From: a virus
Lineage: Duplodnaviria > Caudoviricetes
Strand: one strand, 5' to 3'
Length of the DNA stretch: 64,000 nt
Virus record (IMG/VR): IMGVR_UViG_3300035498_000621
Location: 32,001-96,000 of that record
This document shows, piece by piece, positions 18,979 to 28,905 of the stretch. The position numbers and the translations under genes are program-made. The notes under the pieces were generated by a model. The model saw nothing but the letters and a program-made list of their open reading frames with translations, did no database searches and was not told the origin of the DNA. Within the stretch, counting starts at the first letter, position 1. Each line of letters opens with the position of its first letter.

Positions 18979-20352
18979 ATGAAGTTAATAAAAAGTAAAA
19001 AAGCAAGTGAAAACTATTTATCTAAAATAGTTAAAATAGAAACATTTCGTAAGCATAATGATCCAGAAGTAACTAAATTAAAATGTTGTGCTATAGATGG
19101 TTTCAATATAATTACTGGTATAGATTCAAAACCTGGATTATATATTTATTTTCCTGTATTATCTCAAATAAATAGTGATTTTTTAAGTTTTGCTAATTTA
19201 TATAGGCATAAAGAATTAAACAAAGATCCAGAACAATCTGGAATGTTTGAGGATAATGGCAGAGTTAAAGCTATTAAATTAAGAGGAGAATTATCTGAAG
19301 GATTTATTATTCCTATTACTATCTTTGAAAATTATATTATATCAGTAACAAATAAAGAACTTGAAAATGTCAAAGAAAATACGGAATTTGATGCAATCGA
19401 ACATAATGGAAAAGAATTCTGGATTAGTAAAAAGTATCTCCCAAAAAGAGAAAATTATGAAAAACAAAGCACAGGTAATGGCAAAATCAAAAAAGTGTCA
19501 AAAAGATATGATAGAGTTATTGACACCCAATTTAGATACCATTACAACACAGTTGTTATTAAGAAATGTCCTTTCGTATTAACTCCAAATTCTATTATTC
19601 AAATATCTGGTAAAATACATGGAACATCTGGCATTTCAGCATATGTATTATGCCATAAAAAGTTATCTTTAAAAGAAAAAATTGCTAAATGGTTAACTGG
19701 AAATCAATTTGATGCTTATGACTATTTATATTCATCTCGAACTGTTATAAAAAATAAATATTATAATAAAGAAATTACAGATGGATATTATGGAATAGAT
19801 GTATGGGCAGAAGCTGATAAAATTGTTAAACCGCATCTTGAAAAAGGGCAAATAGCTTATTATGAAATAGTAGGATTTCTTCCAACTGGAGCATATATTC
19901 AGAAAAATTATGATTATGGATGCGTAGCACCAAAAAAAGGAGAAAAATATACTCCAGAAAAACATTTTAAAGTAAGAATTTATCGTATTACTTATACTAA
20001 TGTAGATGGGGATGTTCTTGAATATACTACTCATCAAGTTCAACAATGGTGTGAAAAAACAGGATTAATTCCTGTGAAAGAATACTATTATGGTAAAGCT
20101 AAAGATCTTTATCCTGAATTAAATAATTGTGATAATTGGAATGAATGTTTCATAGATAAACTTGCTAATGATGCTAATTTTAATATGGAACAACTTTCTC
20201 CTGATTGTAATAATAAAGTTCCACATGAAGGTATTGTAATTAAAATTGAGGATGGAATGTCTAGAGCTTTCAAATTAAAATCTTTTGCCTTTATTAATAA
20301 AGAACAACAAGCTTTAGATAAAGGTGAGGAAAATATAGAAGATGAAAATTAA
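18979..20352 (+). CDS. RNA ligase (Rnl2-like, DRB0094-type, with N-terminal OB fold)
   Basis: RVKAIKLRGELSEG, KIHG (motif I), YEIVG, EGIVIK and FKLKS motifs. Confidence 0.85.
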   Translation: MKLIKSKKASENYLSKIVKIETFRKHNDPEVTKLKCCAIDGFNIITGIDSKPGLYIYFPVLSQINSDFLSFANLYRHKELNKDPEQSGMFEDNGRVKAIKLRGELSEGFIIPITIFENYIISVTNKELENVKENTEFDAIEHNGKEFWISKKYLPKRENYEKQSTGNGKIKKVSKRYDRVIDTQFRYHYNTVVIKKCPFVLTPNSIIQISGKIHGTSGISAYVLCHKKLSLKEKIAKWLTGNQFDAYDYLYSSRTVIKNKYYNKEITDGYYGIDVWAEADKIVKPHLEKGQIAYYEIVGFLPTGAYIQKNYDYGCVAPKKGEKYTPEKHFKVRIYRITYTNVDGDVLEYTTHQVQQWCEKTGLIPVKEYYYGKAKDLYPELNNCDNWNECFIDKLANDANFNMEQLSPDCNNKVPHEGIVIKIEDGMSRAFKLKSFAFINKEQQALDKGEENIEDEN

Positions 20353-20377
20353 TATTAATTATTTTATTTAAATAAAA

Positions 20378-20791
20378 ATGGAAACACTTGATAATAAAAT
20401 CATTGAAATTTTTAATAATCTTATTGAATCTAGAACTAAATATATTGATTGTATCAATTATTATGGACAAAATATTGTTTATAATCTTGGTCCTAATTTG
20501 AGAGTTCATTTGATATTGCAAAGAAGTATTGAACCTAATGTTAAAGAAAATCAACCTAGTACAATTGAAGATTTATTTTCAAAGAATTCTGAAATTTATT
20601 TTCAATTTCCACAAGAAACTGGACATATTAACTTTTTGTTAGTAATAAATGAAAAAACATATTATGTTCCTAAAATGGATAGAATTAACGAGGCACGTAC
20701 TTTGAGTGCTCTTGAAGAAACTATTGCTGAATATGAATCTGATGTTCTTGATAAAGTTTACAAAAAAATAGAATTAGAAGAATATCTTTAA
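20378..20791 (+). CDS. Hypothetical protein
   Basis: ORF. Confidence 0.7.
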   Translation: METLDNKIIEIFNNLIESRTKYIDCINYYGQNIVYNLGPNLRVHLILQRSIEPNVKENQPSTIEDLFSKNSEIYFQFPQETGHINFLLVINEKTYYVPKMDRINEARTLSALEETIAEYESDVLDKVYKKIELEEYL

Positions 20792-20793
20792 AT

Positions 20794-21651
20794 ATGAAAC
20801 CTATAACTATAGGGCAAACAATAACTGATAGGCAAGATGCATCCTTAAGTATATATTTTAAGGATGTATCTAAACAGCCTATGATTGATATTAACGAAGA
20901 AATAGCATTAGCTAAGCGTGTTCAAAAAGGTGATAAACAAGCTTTAGATAAATTAGTTAAAGCTAATCTTCGTTTTGCTATATCTGTTGCTAAACAATAT
21001 CAAAATAAAGGTTTGAGTTTAGTTGATTTAATTCAAGAAGCTTCATTTGGTTTAATAGAAGCAGCTAAGAAATATGATCCTGATAGAGGATATAAATTTA
21101 TATCTTATGCTGTATGGTGGATAAGACAAGCTATAATGCGAGCTATATCAGAACAATGTAGAACTGTTAGAGTTCCAATGAATCAAATAGCAAATTTGAA
21201 TAAAATTAATAAAGTCGCTGATAAATTTGAAAAAGAATATCAACGAAAACCATCTAATGAAGAATTAGAAGAAGAAACTAAAATAGAATCTAATAAAATT
21301 TCTTTAGCTATAACTTCCATTGGGCAATCTCTTTCATTAGATGCTCCTTTTAGTACAGATCAAGAAGCAGGATGTTTACTTGACGTAATTCCAAATAATA
21401 ATTCTATTAATACAGATAGTCAAGCAATTGATGAATCTATTTCTAAAGAATTAGAATCAGTTTTATATAAATTATCAAATAGAGAAGGTGATGTTATAAG
21501 AATGTCTTTTGGATTAGGAATGTTTCCTATGACATTAGAAGAAATTGCTATTCGATTTGGAATTGGTGCAGAAAGAGTTAGACAAATTCAACATGAAGCT
21601 TTATGTAAAATTAAAGAAAAATATAGTAAAGAATTAAAAGAATTATTATAA
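20794..21651 (+). CDS. RNA polymerase sigma-70 factor, Bacteroidetes RpoD/SigA-like
   Basis: ANLRFAISVAKQY, DLIQE, FISYAVWWIRQAI, RTVRVP and region 4.2 TLEEIA..ERVRQI. Confidence 0.93.
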   Translation: MKPITIGQTITDRQDASLSIYFKDVSKQPMIDINEEIALAKRVQKGDKQALDKLVKANLRFAISVAKQYQNKGLSLVDLIQEASFGLIEAAKKYDPDRGYKFISYAVWWIRQAIMRAISEQCRTVRVPMNQIANLNKINKVADKFEKEYQRKPSNEELEEETKIESNKISLAITSIGQSLSLDAPFSTDQEAGCLLDVIPNNNSINTDSQAIDESISKELESVLYKLSNREGDVIRMSFGLGMFPMTLEEIAIRFGIGAERVRQIQHEALCKIKEKYSKELKELL

Positions 21652-21654
21652 ATT

Positions 21655-21903
21655 ATGGAAAAATATTATTTGCTAGTTGATAATAAAATTACTGTTTGGA
21701 GACGAGATAAAGTTATGATTAAAGCAGAATCTTTAGAAGAAGCAATAAATATTGCAGAATCTGGAGAATATGACGATTGTATGGATGTTGAATATTTAGA
21801 TGAAACTGAAGTATATCTTCGTCCAGAAGAAAATAATGGAGAAATGACTTGTGAAATTATGGATAGAGATGGAAAAACTCTATGGCATAATGGTAATGAA
21901 TAA
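21655..21903 (+). CDS. Hypothetical protein
   Basis: Acidic ORF containing the 'AESLEEA' motif. Confidence 0.7.
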   Translation: MEKYYLLVDNKITVWRRDKVMIKAESLEEAINIAESGEYDDCMDVEYLDETEVYLRPEENNGEMTCEIMDRDGKTLWHNGNE

Positions 21904-21905
21904 TT

Positions 21906-23852
21906 ATGATTTTAGAAGTATATGATCTTGAATGTTTAAGAAATTTATTTACATATACTGGATATTGTCCTAAAGAAGATAAATATTATCAATTTGTTAT
22001 ATGTAATTGGAGAAATGATTTAAAAGAATTATATAAACATCTTAATAGAGATAAATTAATTCAAGTAGGATTTAATAATCTTTCATATGATTATCCATTA
22101 GAACATCATTTACTTAATCATTTTGAAAATTATAAATATTTAACTGGACAAGAAGTAGCTCAAGCATTATATAATAAATCTCAAGAAATTATTGAACAAG
22201 AATTCAGTGTTATTGCTGATAAAAATACATATATACCTCAATTAGATTTATATAAAATACATCATTTAAATAATAAAGCACGTATGGCTAGTTTAAAAGA
22301 TTTAGAAATAGCTATGCGTATGGAAAATGTTGAAGAAATGCCTATTCATCATACTACATGGTGTAATCCTGGAGATGAAGAGTCAGTACTAGCATATAAC
22401 GCAAATGATGTTCTAGCTACTTATAAATTTTTATTAGTTACTATTGGAAAAACAGATTATCCAGTATATAAAGGAAGAAATAAAATAGAACTTCGACAAC
22501 AAATAAATAAGATGTTTAATATTAAATGTCTAAATTTACCAGATGTTGGAATGGGTTCTGAATTAATGCTTCAGTTATATTCTAGAGCTGTAAATAAAAA
22601 TCCATATGAAATAAAAAAATTAAGAACAGTACGAGGCCCAATAAAATTAAAAGATTGTGTTCCATTTTGGTGTAATATAAAATCTAAAGAATTTAATAAA
22701 TTTTTAGATATTATAAACAATACTACTGTTGTAGGAGAAAAAAAGGAATTTGAATGTACTATTAATTTTCATGGATATAATTTTAATTTTGGATTAGGAG
22801 GAAGTCATGGAGATTGTGGCCCTGGTGTTTATACTTCCGATTCTATTAATGTAATTGTTGATCTTGATGTTTCTTCACTATATCCTAGTATTGCTAAATC
22901 ATTAAATCTTTATCCTGAACATCTTGGCCCTGAATTTATGTCATTATATAGTGGTTTTATAGAAAAACGTATAGCTGAAAAACATAAACCAAAAAATGAA
23001 CGAAATAATGCATTAATTGAAGGATATAAATTAATTTTAAATGGCACATATGGAAAAAGTAATGAAGATAGTAGCTTTATGTTTGATAGATTATACACTT
23101 TCAAAACAACAATAGCTGGACAAATATTTATAGCTATGTGGGCTGAAAGAATGTATAATGCATGTGAAGGTAATATTAAATTTTTGCAAACGAACACTGA
23201 TGGTCAAACGATTTTAATAAATCGTAAGTACTTAGACAAAATTAGAGCAGTAAATGAACAATTAACTAAAGAAACTACTCTCGGCATTGAAGAAGTTTTA
23301 TATAGTAAAATGATAATGAGAGATGTTAATTCATATATTGCTGTATATGATGATAATACTTCTGAAAATGAGCATCTTAAATTAAAAGGATGTTTTGAAA
23401 TATTTCAAGAATATCATAAAGATCCATCTATGAGAATTGTACCTATGGCTCTTAAAGAATATTTTGTAAATAATGTTCCTATAAGAGATACTATTTTTAA
23501 TCATAAAGATATTTATGATTTTTGTTTAAGACTAAAAACAAATTCTAAATCTATTCCGATTTATAAGTATATAGATAATAATAAAATATGTACAAAAGAA
23601 TTGAATAGAACTACTAGATATTATATATCTAATAATGGTGGATCTTTGTTTAAAGAATTTAAAGAAAATCATAATATAGTTGGAGTAAATATTGGATATT
23701 CTGCAACTTTATTTAATAAATTTGTTAAAAAAGAAGATTTTAAAGATTATAATATTAACTATCAATTTTATATTGCTGAAGCAATGAAAATTGTGAATGT
23801 TATTAATAAAAACAACATACCAAATTTATTTGATTATGGGATGGCAAACTGA
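21906..23852 (+). CDS. DNA polymerase, family B
   Basis: Exonuclease motifs YDLE, FN..YD and YNANDV; polymerase motifs DVSSLYP, KLILNGTYG, NTDG and LKG. Confidence 0.93.
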   Translation: MILEVYDLECLRNLFTYTGYCPKEDKYYQFVICNWRNDLKELYKHLNRDKLIQVGFNNLSYDYPLEHHLLNHFENYKYLTGQEVAQALYNKSQEIIEQEFSVIADKNTYIPQLDLYKIHHLNNKARMASLKDLEIAMRMENVEEMPIHHTTWCNPGDEESVLAYNANDVLATYKFLLVTIGKTDYPVYKGRNKIELRQQINKMFNIKCLNLPDVGMGSELMLQLYSRAVNKNPYEIKKLRTVRGPIKLKDCVPFWCNIKSKEFNKFLDIINNTTVVGEKKEFECTINFHGYNFNFGLGGSHGDCGPGVYTSDSINVIVDLDVSSLYPSIAKSLNLYPEHLGPEFMSLYSGFIEKRIAEKHKPKNERNNALIEGYKLILNGTYGKSNEDSSFMFDRLYTFKTTIAGQIFIAMWAERMYNACEGNIKFLQTNTDGQTILINRKYLDKIRAVNEQLTKETTLGIEEVLYSKMIMRDVNSYIAVYDDNTSENEHLKLKGCFEIFQEYHKDPSMRIVPMALKEYFVNNVPIRDTIFNHKDIYDFCLRLKTNSKSIPIYKYIDNNKICTKELNRTTRYYISNNGGSLFKEFKENHNIVGVNIGYSATLFNKFVKKEDFKDYNINYQFYIAEAMKIVNVINKNNIPNLFDYGMAN

Positions 23853-24240
23853 TTTATTTTGTAATATTACATTTAATAGAGAAACTTTTAACTCTAAATA
23901 TGATGTAGAAAATAAAATTGAAGAGGAAACTAGAACTCTAAATTATGCAAAAAATAGACTTAGAAATCTTGTTTATATGACCGAACCTAATAAATTTTGT
24001 CCTCCTGAACAAGATACTATTATATTTGTAGAAAATGAGTTTAATGATACTCTTGAAACTATTGAAGAATGTACAAGTAATCTAGTTAAATTATACATAT
24101 TATTGGATAATTGGGATTATTGTCATGATAAAAATGGTTTGGCAATTAATCCTCCTGATTCAATTACTTGGAAAACAGCTTATCTTGATGGAGATTTTGT
24201 TAAAACAGTCAAGAGACCTGATGCTAATGAATGTTTGTAA
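23836..24240 (+). CDS. Hypothetical protein
   Basis: Likely ATG at 23836 (MGWQTDLF). Confidence 0.65.
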   Translation: MGWQTDLFCNITFNRETFNSKYDVENKIEEETRTLNYAKNRLRNLVYMTEPNKFCPPEQDTIIFVENEFNDTLETIEECTSNLVKLYILLDNWDYCHDKNGLAINPPDSITWKTAYLDGDFVKTVKRPDANECL

Positions 24241-24483
24241 ATGAGTAAATTCGTAAATATTACAGTCAGTACTAATCTTAGTACTGACTTTTATATAGAA
24301 GTGCCTGATAATGCTTCTAATGATGATATAAAAAAATTAGCAGAAAAAGAAATTATCTTTCCTAATAAATATCCAGAATTTATTGATAAAATGCTTAAAG
24401 ATAAATGTGGAATTAATATTAATATAAAAGATAGTCTTTTAAAAAATTGGAATATTATTAATACTGAATATATTATTAAATGA
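24241..24483 (+). CDS. Hypothetical protein
   Basis: ORF abutting its neighbours. Confidence 0.65.
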   Translation: MSKFVNITVSTNLSTDFYIEVPDNASNDDIKKLAEKEIIFPNKYPEFIDKMLKDKCGININIKDSLLKNWNIINTEYIIK

Positions 24484-25046
24484 TTGGAGCACATAATACA
24501 TTATCTTATTTATCTCCAACACATAGTTGGATGAAAATATTTAATTTTATTTCTAAATGTCAAAAACATAATTTAGATGAATTAATTAAATTAGGTGTTA
24601 GATGTTTTGATATAAGAGTATGGTTTGATGAATTTAATGGAAGTGTAAGATTTGCTCATGGTGTTATGGATTATGGAAATGATTCTAATAAATTATTTAA
24701 TATATTAGATGAAATTTCTGAAAAAGTAAATGATCCTTATGTTCGTATTATATTAGAAAAGAAATATAATGAACATAGTAAATATTTATTTAAAATTTTA
24801 TGTGAAAAACTTCCAGAACAATATCCAAAAATTACTTTTTATGGAGGTAATTATAAAACAACATGGGAACAAATTCATTCATTTAATAATAATTTAGAAT
24901 CTCAAACAGATCAATACGTTGGATCTATGGCTAGTGATGCTAGATGGTATGAAAAATTTATTCCAATTTTTTATGCTAAAAGAATGAATAAAAAGAATTT
25001 AGAAAAAATAGATAATACTAAAATTAATTTATTTGATTTTATTTAA
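24480..25046 (+). CDS. PI-PLC-like (PLC X-domain) phosphodiesterase
   Basis: GAHN, CQ, LGVRCFDIRV and FAHG motifs. Confidence 0.75.
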   Translation: MIGAHNTLSYLSPTHSWMKIFNFISKCQKHNLDELIKLGVRCFDIRVWFDEFNGSVRFAHGVMDYGNDSNKLFNILDEISEKVNDPYVRIILEKKYNEHSKYLFKILCEKLPEQYPKITFYGGNYKTTWEQIHSFNNNLESQTDQYVGSMASDARWYEKFIPIFYAKRMNKKNLEKIDNTKINLFDFI

Positions 25047-25047
25047 A

Positions 25048-25374
25048 ATGGAATCTGGATATTATCCTCCTGGTGCTGAATTTGATTCAACTGCACCTTA
25101 TAATGAGGAACCACAAGATGAAGAAGAAATTGAAGTTACAATTTCATTAAGTATAAGTAAAAATTTCAAATTATCTAGTAAAAATCATGAAAATGATTTA
25201 CATAATTTAGTTGATAATCAAGTAACACTACCTATTGATTTAGCAGATTGTGTAAATAGTATTTTTAAATATGATTTAGATTTAAAAGCTGCTGGTATGC
25301 CTTTATATTTAAAAATGGTATTAGAAGATTGTTCAGATTGGAATGTTGATGATTTTGAAATAATTCGTGAATAA
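25048..25374 (+). CDS. Hypothetical protein ('YPPGAE..APYN' family)
   Basis: ATG at 25048. Confidence 0.7.
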   Translation: MESGYYPPGAEFDSTAPYNEEPQDEEEIEVTISLSISKNFKLSSKNHENDLHNLVDNQVTLPIDLADCVNSIFKYDLDLKAAGMPLYLKMVLEDCSDWNVDDFEIIRE

Positions 25375-25555
25375 AATGTCTAATAAAGCACAATATCTAT
25401 TTGAAGTACAAAAAGCTATTAATCAAGCTATTGAAATTTATACTTGTTATAGAAATGAATCAGCTGGATTAATTAATCCTAAAACAGTTGAAAAACTTCG
25501 AAATCTTAAAGAAACTATTGTTAGAGAACAAACTAAAGCGTCTAAATTGAAATAA
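25367..25555 (+). CDS. Hypothetical protein
   Basis: ORF. Confidence 0.55.
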   Translation: MNKMSNKAQYLFEVQKAINQAIEIYTCYRNESAGLINPKTVEKLRNLKETIVREQTKASKLK

Positions 25556-25591
25556 AAAAATTTATATTTTCAATAATTATATTAGAAAATA

Positions 25592-25858
25592 ATGGAAAAT
25601 AATTTTAAAGAAGTATATACAAACGAAGATGGATATACTTTTTATATTGATAAAGAATTAACTGATTGGGCTAATCATTTAGAAAATGATAGACATTATG
25701 TAGTTTATTTGGTTAAATCGGGAGATATATCTGTCTCCCGATTATTGCTTAATAATAAAGAACAAAAAGTGCTTGATGAAATTCCTTTAGATAAAAGTCT
25801 TCATGAAGCATGTGCTAGAATTGATATTATTAAATTATGGAGTAAAGAAAATTTATGA
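25592..25858 (+). CDS. Hypothetical protein
   Basis: ORF with ATGA overlap to thyX. Confidence 0.65.
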   Translation: MENNFKEVYTNEDGYTFYIDKELTDWANHLENDRHYVVYLVKSGDISVSRLLLNNKEQKVLDEIPLDKSLHEACARIDIIKLWSKENL

Positions 25859-26763
25859 GAATAATTCATTCTGACGTAAAAATATTACCACAAAAACCTG
25901 GACTTCAGGGTATTTATGAACAAATAGAACTTGCTGCAAGAAATTGTTATAAGTCTGAAGGACTTATTAAATATGATGATAATTGTAATTCTACTACTGC
26001 AAAAGATTTTGTTGATAAAATAGTTAATGTTTATAAGCATCGCAGTGTTGCAGAACATGGAACTGTATATCTTAAAATTTATGGTAATAAAGGTACAGCT
26101 CATGCCTATATGAATAATCCTTATAGTAAAGTAATAGAAAAACTTGAATATGAAGATTTAATGAATGCGTATGGAAAACGTACTTATTATATTACTACTA
26201 ATTATCGTGTAATTCTTGAAAATCATTGGGAAAATGATTTACAATATTTATGTGAACCTACAGAATTTCATGAAAAAAGAGTAACTGTAAGAGTTACATG
26301 TCCTATTTCAGTATCTAGAGAGTGGAATAGGCATAGAACGCTTTCTGTAAGTGAACAAAGTACAAGATATTGTAATTTTACTAAGGATAAATTTCAAAAT
26401 GAACTTACTTTTTGTGCTCCCTATTGGGCAGTTACATTACTTGCTCATTCTCCATTTACTGTTAGAAATATAGGAGAAAGAACAAATATAGAAACAAAAT
26501 TACCACAAGATGAATTACATCTTTTCTTAAAAATGATAGAAACAGAAGTAAGTTATTTATATCTAGTTACAGAATTAGGATTACAACCACAAGAAGCTAG
26601 AGAATTTCTTCTTTTATGTACAGCTACTGAAGTAATATATACAGGTTTTGTAAGTGATTGGAAGCATTTCTTTGAATTGAGAACTGCCACAAATGCACAC
26701 CCTGATATAAAAAAGATAGCTGATTTTTTACAAGAACAATTTAAAGATAAACATTTACTATGA
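25855..26763 (+). CDS. thyX: FAD-dependent thymidylate synthase
   Basis: H.SVAEH, REWNRHR..S.SEQSTRY, QEARE and F.LR...AH motifs. Confidence 0.92.
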   Translation: MRIIHSDVKILPQKPGLQGIYEQIELAARNCYKSEGLIKYDDNCNSTTAKDFVDKIVNVYKHRSVAEHGTVYLKIYGNKGTAHAYMNNPYSKVIEKLEYEDLMNAYGKRTYYITTNYRVILENHWENDLQYLCEPTEFHEKRVTVRVTCPISVSREWNRHRTLSVSEQSTRYCNFTKDKFQNELTFCAPYWAVTLLAHSPFTVRNIGERTNIETKLPQDELHLFLKMIETEVSYLYLVTELGLQPQEAREFLLLCTATEVIYTGFVSDWKHFFELRTATNAHPDIKKIADFLQEQFKDKHLL

Positions 26764-27068
26764 GAGCTTTTAATGTTATTATAGAAGATTTTAACAAAAA
26801 GGAATTTATCCCTTATGATGTTATGCCTTATTTTGAAAAGTGTTATAAAGAAGCCAAAGAAAAACCTATAACACTTGAAGAATGTACTAAATTTATAGAT
26901 AGTAAAGCTAAATATAGATTTTGGAGTAGATGTGAATATGAAATAGTTCTTACAAGCTTTCCTTCAGGAAAAATTAAAGAAAAGATTGATGTATATTCAC
27001 AAATAAAACTAAATCTTGAAGTTATAACTGAACTATTTATGGAAGATTTAAAAATTAAAAAGAAATGA
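26760..27068 (+). CDS. Hypothetical protein
   Basis: Y.FWSRCEYEI..KIDVY.QI pattern; ATGA overlaps. Confidence 0.7.
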   Translation: MRAFNVIIEDFNKKEFIPYDVMPYFEKCYKEAKEKPITLEECTKFIDSKAKYRFWSRCEYEIVLTSFPSGKIKEKIDVYSQIKLNLEVITELFMEDLKIKKK

Positions 27069-27433
27069 GTTTAGACGTATATTTATTTAAACATAAACAA
27101 CAAATAAATAATAATGATTATGATGATATAATTAATACAGATGATTCTGAATTATATTCAGCTAATATTACTCATAATCTAGGCGAAATGGCTGAAAAAG
27201 CTGGTATATATCAAGCTTTATGGAGGCCTGAAGAAATAAATGCAATTCAAGCAAAAGATATTATTAATATAGTAGAAAAAGGATTACAAGAATTAATTAT
27301 GAAACCTAGTTATTATAAACAATTTGATAGTCCAAATGGCTGGGGTGTTTATGAGCATTTTGTACCTTTTGTAGCTAAATATCTTGAAGCTTTAAAACAA
27401 TATCCAAATTCTTATATTTATATATCACGATGA
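27065..27433 (+). CDS. Conserved phage hypothetical protein ('MSLDV..NITHNL..PNGWG' family)
   Basis: Motif pattern; ATGA overlaps. Confidence 0.75.
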   Translation: MSLDVYLFKHKQQINNNDYDDIINTDDSELYSANITHNLGEMAEKAGIYQALWRPEEINAIQAKDIINIVEKGLQELIMKPSYYKQFDSPNGWGVYEHFVPFVAKYLEALKQYPNSYIYISR

Positions 27434-27804
27434 AAACAAAAAATATTATTTTAACAATAGTAGTAGCAATAATAGGAATAATTGGTTTAGCGATTGGTAT
27501 TCCTAGTTATAATGTTTGGTCTCAAGAAATGTCAGGTAAAGCTGAATTTGCTAAAGCTGAACAAAATAGACGTATTAAAATTGAGGAAGCAAAAGCCAAT
27601 CTTGAGGCAGAAAAACTTAATGCGCAAGCCGAAGTAGAACGCGCTAAAGGTGCTGCCCAAGCTATAGAAATTGAAAATGGTAGTATTACACCAACTTATA
27701 TTCAATATCTTTGGGTAAGACAACAAAATTTAAATCAAGGAGATAAAATTATTTATATTCCCACTGAAACAGGTCTTCCAATTTTAGAAGCAGGACATAA
27801 TTAA
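27430..27804 (+). CDS. Membrane-anchored coiled-coil protein (SPFH/band-7 C-terminal-like)
   Basis: N-terminal TM helix, AEVERAKG.A.A coiled coil, IYIPTE.GLPI. Confidence 0.65.
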   Translation: MKTKNIILTIVVAIIGIIGLAIGIPSYNVWSQEMSGKAEFAKAEQNRRIKIEEAKANLEAEKLNAQAEVERAKGAAQAIEIENGSITPTYIQYLWVRQQNLNQGDKIIYIPTETGLPILEAGHN

Positions 27805-27808
27805 AATT

Positions 27809-28015
27809 ATGGAACACGATAATCGAAGAACAATAACAGATAATTTACATAAATATGATTATCTTGCTAAAGAAGATGATCGAATTGAAATATGTGAATG
27901 GATTAATGGAGACGGATATGATATTTCTATCAATGATTCTAAAATTATATCTCTTACTAGAGGAGAAATTGATGCAATTGATTATCTTGTAAAAACATTA
28001 AATTATGAAAATTAA
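27809..28015 (+). CDS. Hypothetical protein
   Basis: ORF. Confidence 0.65.
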   Translation: MEHDNRRTITDNLHKYDYLAKEDDRIEICEWINGDGYDISINDSKIISLTRGEIDAIDYLVKTLNYEN

Positions 28016-28616
28016 AAATATATTAAAGAAATTTTCTTTTCCTTGGTATACTTCTCATGATGGTAAAAGAAATTATATTGGATTTTGGATAGAAAATCCA
28101 TTAGCTACATGGTGGAAAGCAAGAAAATATTTTAAACGTCCAAAAATTAGTATTCATTTCTTTAGTAAAATACGTTATAATTGTCCATATATTAATTCTA
28201 AATATGTTGGAAAAATATTAGAAATTTCTATACACGATTTAATGTGGAAAGATAAATTTAATAGTCCAAGACATGAAAGAAATCCATATATTTGGGTATG
28301 TTTCTTTAGAAAATTTGGATTTTCAATTAATTTTGATGTATATTATAAAGATGAATTTGGCATTAAACAAAATGGAGATACTTATTATTGGGAATATCTT
28401 CTAGAATGGCTATATTATAAAGAAAAGAAAACTTTAAGATGTTATTCTGCATGGCAATATGATTCTAAGTTATATAGACTTAGAAATAAATATGGAAAAG
28501 CTGAAGATGGATCTGAAGATACATTTTCTCCATTTAAAATGATTATTCCATGTGTTGAAATGTCTTTAACTAAAAAAGGATCTAAAGAACTTAAACGAGA
28601 AATAGAAAATGGCTAA
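28005..28616 (+). CDS. Hypothetical protein
   Basis: Basic, aromatic-rich ORF. Confidence 0.7.
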   Translation: MKIKNILKKFSFPWYTSHDGKRNYIGFWIENPLATWWKARKYFKRPKISIHFFSKIRYNCPYINSKYVGKILEISIHDLMWKDKFNSPRHERNPYIWVCFFRKFGFSINFDVYYKDEFGIKQNGDTYYWEYLLEWLYYKEKKTLRCYSAWQYDSKLYRLRNKYGKAEDGSEDTFSPFKMIIPCVEMSLTKKGSKELKREIENG

Positions 28617-28905
28617 TATCTGTAATAATGAATTTTATGCTTATTCTGAAGATTCTAGAAATATAGAATTTATTAATAAATTTTTTGAAAAATATTTTTC
28701 ATTTTATGATGAATATGATGAATCTGATGAATATATAAATATTAGATTTGATTCTAAATGGACATTTCCTGAAGATTTAATGGAAGAACTACGAAAAGGT
28801 ATTCCAAATAAAGATGATATTTATATGCGATGTATGTCTATAGAATATGGCTGTTTATATCATGAATTATGGGTTTGTGAAGGTGAAACTTGGGACAGTG
28901 TATGA
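28609..28905 (+). CDS. Ferredoxin-like fold protein (DUF1281/YubB C-terminal-like)
   Basis: MAN.C.N...FDSKWTFP...E.G pattern. Confidence 0.5.
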   Translation: MANICNNEFYAYSEDSRNIEFINKFFEKYFSFYDEYDESDEYINIRFDSKWTFPEDLMEELRKGIPNKDDIYMRCMSIEYGCLYHELWVCEGETWDSV

